NCBI GenBank assembly: GCA_963758525.1 | Contig: CAVWVQ010000003.1 | Coordinates: forward strand, 4,512,001-4,576,000 | Direction of reading: 5' to 3' | Length of the DNA stretch: 64,000 nucleotides | Source: an uncultured Phycisphaerales bacterium | GTDB taxonomy: Bacteria; Planctomycetota; Phycisphaerae; Tepidisphaerales; Tepidisphaeraceae | In this document: positions 60,741-64,000 of the stretch, one piece after another | Position numbering within the stretch: position 1 is the first letter of the stretch | Layout of the letters: each line of letters begins with the position of its first letter | Translations under genes and position numbers: made by a program | The notes under the pieces: generated by a model | Database searches by the model: none | The model's input: the letters and a program-made list of their open reading frames with translations, nothing else | What the model was told of the DNA's origin: nothing

Positions 60741-61367
60741 ATGTCCACGCAGATCAAGTCCACGAATATCACCTGGCACGAAGGGTCCGTGACCCGCGCC
60801 GAGCGCGAGCAACTGCTGAATCAGAAGGGCGTCACCGTCTGGATGACAGGTCTCTCGGCCAGCGGCAAGTCGACCATCGCAGTCATCGTCGAGCAGATGC
60901 TCCTGCACAAGAACAAGCACGCGTATCGACTGGATGGCGACAACATTCGTCACGGCCTGAACAAGAACCTCGGGTTCAGCGCCGAGGATCGTGCCGAGAA
61001 CATCCGCCGGATCGGGGAAGTCGCCAGACTGTTCACCGATGCCGGCGTCATCGCGATTACCAGCTTCATCAGTCCCTACAAGAAGGACCGCGACGCGGTC
61101 CGCGCGAGCATGAAACCCGGCGAGTTTGTCGAGGTGTACATCAACGTCACCGTTGAAGGTGCCGAGAAGCGCGATCCCAAGGGGCTGTATAAAAAGGCTC
61201 GCGCAGCGGTGGCCGCCGGGAAAGGCATGGGATTCACCGGGATCGACGATCCGTACGAAGCGCCCGACAAGCCCGAGATCACGATCGACACCGAAAGCCT
61301 GGCTGCGGAGGATGCGGCAGCGCGCATCGTCGCTTATCTCGAAACCGGTGGATATTTGAAGGCGTAA
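60741..61367 (+). CDS. cysC: Adenylyl-sulfate kinase
   Basis: WMTGLSASGKST; LDGDNIRHGL; RDPKGLYKKAR; FTGIDDPYEAP. Confidence 0.95.
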   Translation: MSTQIKSTNITWHEGSVTRAEREQLLNQKGVTVWMTGLSASGKSTIAVIVEQMLLHKNKHAYRLDGDNIRHGLNKNLGFSAEDRAENIRRIGEVARLFTDAGVIAITSFISPYKKDRDAVRASMKPGEFVEVYINVTVEGAEKRDPKGLYKKARAAVAAGKGMGFTGIDDPYEAPDKPEITIDTESLAAEDAAARIVAYLETGGYLKA

Positions 61368-61652
61368 TCGTGGCACGCGCGGCGCCGGCGTCCCACGCGT
61401 CCCGCCGGTTTCAGTGACGCGGGAGTTGAGAAGAGCCCGGAATTGCTTTCCTGCCTCCTCCCCTCGTACCCGGGGGGAGGAATGAGGTGGGGGGCGGGAA
61501 GTGAGAAATCGCTACGGTAAGCGGCCCGCGGCCCCGAGCAACCCCCACCCCGACCCTCCCCCGGATTACCAGGAAGGGGGGAATACTCGCAGCACTCAAA
61601 GTTACACGCTCCCGGGAAAACGGGCACGCTGGCCCGTTGTTAGCCGGCAGAT

Positions 61653-62648
61653 TCAGGCGACCTTGGTTACCTCGTCGATGCGCGCCAATTCGTCGGCGCT
61701 GAACGAGAGATTCTTCAGCGCCGCCACGTTCTCCTCGATCTGCTTCGTGCTCGACGCGCCGATGAGCGCGCTCGTAATGCCAGGGAGGCGAAGGATCCAG
61801 GCGACAGCCATCTGCGCCAGCGTCTGGCCGCGCACGGCGGCGGTGTCATTGAGTGTGGTGAGGATGCGCTTTCGCTCCTGAACCGAGTGCTCCTTCACCC
61901 ATTTGCTCGGCCAGATCGTGGCGGCGCGGTTTCCCTCGGGAATCTCGCCGCTGAGGAACTTGTTGGTCAGCAATCCTGAAGCCAGCGGGCAGAACGCGAT
62001 CACCCCGGTTCCCGCGGCGGTGGTCTGGGCCAGCAAATCCCATTCGATCGTCCGACCCAGCAAGTTGTAGTAGGGCTGATGGATCGTGATTGGCGCCCAG
62101 TCGTGCCGCTCGACAACGCTCACTGCTTCGAGGAACTGCTCCCCATTGTAACTGCTGACCCCGGCGTAGAGTGCCTTGCCTTGCCGGACCAGCGTTTCCA
62201 AAGCGCCCATTGATTCCTCCACCGGCGTATTCGGATCGGGACGGTGATGATAGAAAATGTCGAAGTAGTCGAGGCCCATCCGCTGGAGGGACTGATCGCA
62301 ACTCGCAATCAGATATTTTCGCGAGCCCCATTCGCCGTAGGGGCCAGGCCACATGCGATAGCCGGCTTTGCTTGAAATAATCAGTTCATCGCGCGGCATC
62401 TCCTTGATGACCTTGCCGCAGACGGACTCCGCGTTGCCAGGCGGAGTGCCGTAATTGTTCGCAAAGTCGAAGTGAGTGATGCCAAGATCGAACGCGCGGA
62501 ACATGCACTCCCGCGCAACCTCGGCTTCCTTGTATCCGCCGTAAGTTTGCCATGCGCCCAGCGAAACCGCTGGAAGCATGAGGCCGCTCCTGCCGCATCT
62601 GCGGTAGAGCATCGTGTCGTATCGAGATGCGGAAAACGCCTGCTTCAT
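61653..62648 (-). CDS. Aldo/keto reductase (YghZ/L-glyceraldehyde-3-phosphate reductase-like)
   Basis: YRRCGRSGLMLPAVSLG; HFDFANNYG; GSRKYLIASCDQSL. Confidence 0.9.
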   Translation of the reverse strand: MKQAFSASRYDTMLYRRCGRSGLMLPAVSLGAWQTYGGYKEAEVARECMFRAFDLGITHFDFANNYGTPPGNAESVCGKVIKEMPRDELIISSKAGYRMWPGPYGEWGSRKYLIASCDQSLQRMGLDYFDIFYHHRPDPNTPVEESMGALETLVRQGKALYAGVSSYNGEQFLEAVSVVERHDWAPITIHQPYYNLLGRTIEWDLLAQTTAAGTGVIAFCPLASGLLTNKFLSGEIPEGNRAATIWPSKWVKEHSVQERKRILTTLNDTAAVRGQTLAQMAVAWILRLPGITSALIGASSTKQIEENVAALKNLSFSADELARIDEVTKVA

Positions 62649-62745
62649 TGCACTGCTCCCATTGAGAATCCGAAGCTTTTGGAGCAGAACAATGACCAGT
62701 AGTCAAATGCCACGCACTGTTCCGACACGCCCCGACTGGGCGGAG

Positions 62746-62946
62746 TCACGGAGGCGGCATCTCAGTCATGCTGGGATCGACCGGTGCCTGTCCCTTTTGA
62801 TTCACGCTCGTGGCGTCTCGAGCCGAACGATATCCCTTCTTTCCTTTCTCGCCACGGCCCGAACCAGCACCGAGCTTGGTGCCACGCTCTTCTGCCTTGC
62901 CGACCCCCGCCACATGCGTCCCGGCCGGAGGATTGCTCTTCTTCAT
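62746..62946 (-). CDS. Small basic hypothetical protein
   Basis: AAGGAG RBS; RSARDATSVN..PVDPSM..MPP. Confidence 0.6.
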   Translation of the reverse strand: MKKSNPPAGTHVAGVGKAEERGTKLGAGSGRGEKGKKGYRSARDATSVNQKGQAPVDPSMTEMPPP

Positions 62947-63158
62947 GACGCGCTCCTTGTTTAAAATGTGCAGAGTTCGGCGAGGGCGCTACAAATGGCG
63001 AGCCAGATCGCGGTTCCCGACCCCCACCTTGTTTTCCCCGCGGTAGGGACGGGCGGACGCAGAAAACAGCTGCCGCATTTTACGTACACCCCGACACCCT
63101 GTCAGTAATGTCGCGTCCGCAGTTGGACATGCCGACAATGGTGAGGTGGCCCGAGTTA

Positions 63159-63270
63159 GAGCCGTTTTCAGGTCGATGTGGCGTTGTCGTGGCGGCTTCC
63201 CGCCTGCCTAAGGGAGCAGGCTGGAAGCCCGCACCACAAAGGGGGTGCCGCTCCAACCTGAAAACCGCTG
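63159..63270. mobile_element. MITE-like element, IS5-like TIRs, TA flanks, internal REP doublet
   Basis: gagccgttttcaggt / acctgaaaaccgctg (13/15); TTA left and TAA right; internal ggcttcccgcctgc...gcaggctggaagcc. Confidence 0.65.
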
Positions 63271-63284
63271 TAAGAGATCGCTCG

Positions 63285-64000
63285 CTAGCCCGACGCAGAA
63301 CTGCCGCGATGCACCGGCTGGCGAATCCGCGCAGTCGCTTCGCTGACAAACTCCTCGAACGCCAGGCGCGCTTCGCTGTCGTGCATCTGCCGTGGCGGAT
63401 GCTTCATCGTCCAGGCCGAGACGGGTTCGATCGGCCCGGCCATTCCGGCGTCGCGCCGAGCTTGCAGCTTCGGATCGCATCCACAACGACGCCGGCGCTG
63501 TTGGGCGAATCCTCGACGCTCAGGCGCATCTCAAGGTGCATCGGGACTCCGCCAAATCCGGTTCCTTCGATGCGGAGGAAGCAGACCTTGTTGTCCTTTT
63601 GAAACGGGATGTAGTCGCTGGGACCGATGTGAATGCGCTGCGCGTCCAGCGGGACATCGAGCTGGCTCTGCACCGCTTCGGTTTTGCTCAGCTTCTTGCT
63701 GGCTAGCCGATCGCGGCTGAGCATGTTGAGGAAGTCGGTGTTGCCGCCCGTGTTGAGCTGATAGGTCGAATCGATTCGCATGCCGCGTTCGTCGAAGAGG
63801 CGCGCCAATGTCCGATGTGTGATCGTCGCGCCGACCTGCGATTTGACGTCATCCCCCACGCACGGAATGCCGCGCTCGGCGAACTTGCGTGCCCAACGCG
63901 GATCGGAAACGATAAATACGGGGACGCAGTTGACCAGGCTGACGCCGGCCTCGAGGCAGGCATTCGCGTAATGCGCCGCCGCCCGCTCGGAACCGACGGG
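63285..64000 (-). CDS. ino1: Inositol-3-phosphate synthase (5' end outside window; frameshift ~63455)
   Basis: [50 protein letters not shown]. Confidence 0.92.

Overview
GC-rich bacterial DNA, most likely from a planctomycete (Phycisphaerae/Tepidisphaera-like). This is inferred from LEPR-XLL export motifs, an ECF sigma/Ser-Thr kinase module, and DUF1080 and FGE-kinase genes. About 14 genes carry single frameshifts, which suggests long-read indel errors, so split genes were re-joined by eye. In order, the window holds: a TPR/STK/ECF signalling module; an mlaFEDCA operon; TA modules; a heterodimeric ABC exporter; tRNA-Ala(GGC); an accessory tract (about 20.8-50 kb); a kinase-FGE gene; a YlbF-EVE-PH operon; a ThiF-CysM-Mec-CysK-CysC sulfur cluster; an AKR; and a partial ino1. 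The accessory tract is rich in gene remnants and includes a protoglobin, a GH79-like enzyme, a large G8/beta-helix protein and a putative lipid head-group cluster. Best candidates for novelty: (1) a cluster of a membrane-anchored GSA-aminomutase-like enzyme, a PS decarboxylase, a PE N-methyltransferase and a His-rich membrane protein; (2) REP doublets packaged in MITE shells, including two identical 143-bp copies each with its own 8-bp target-site duplication; (3) a BrnT-like TA module bracketed by duplicated RNase HI fragments. No CRISPR array, rRNA, integrase or transposase was seen.
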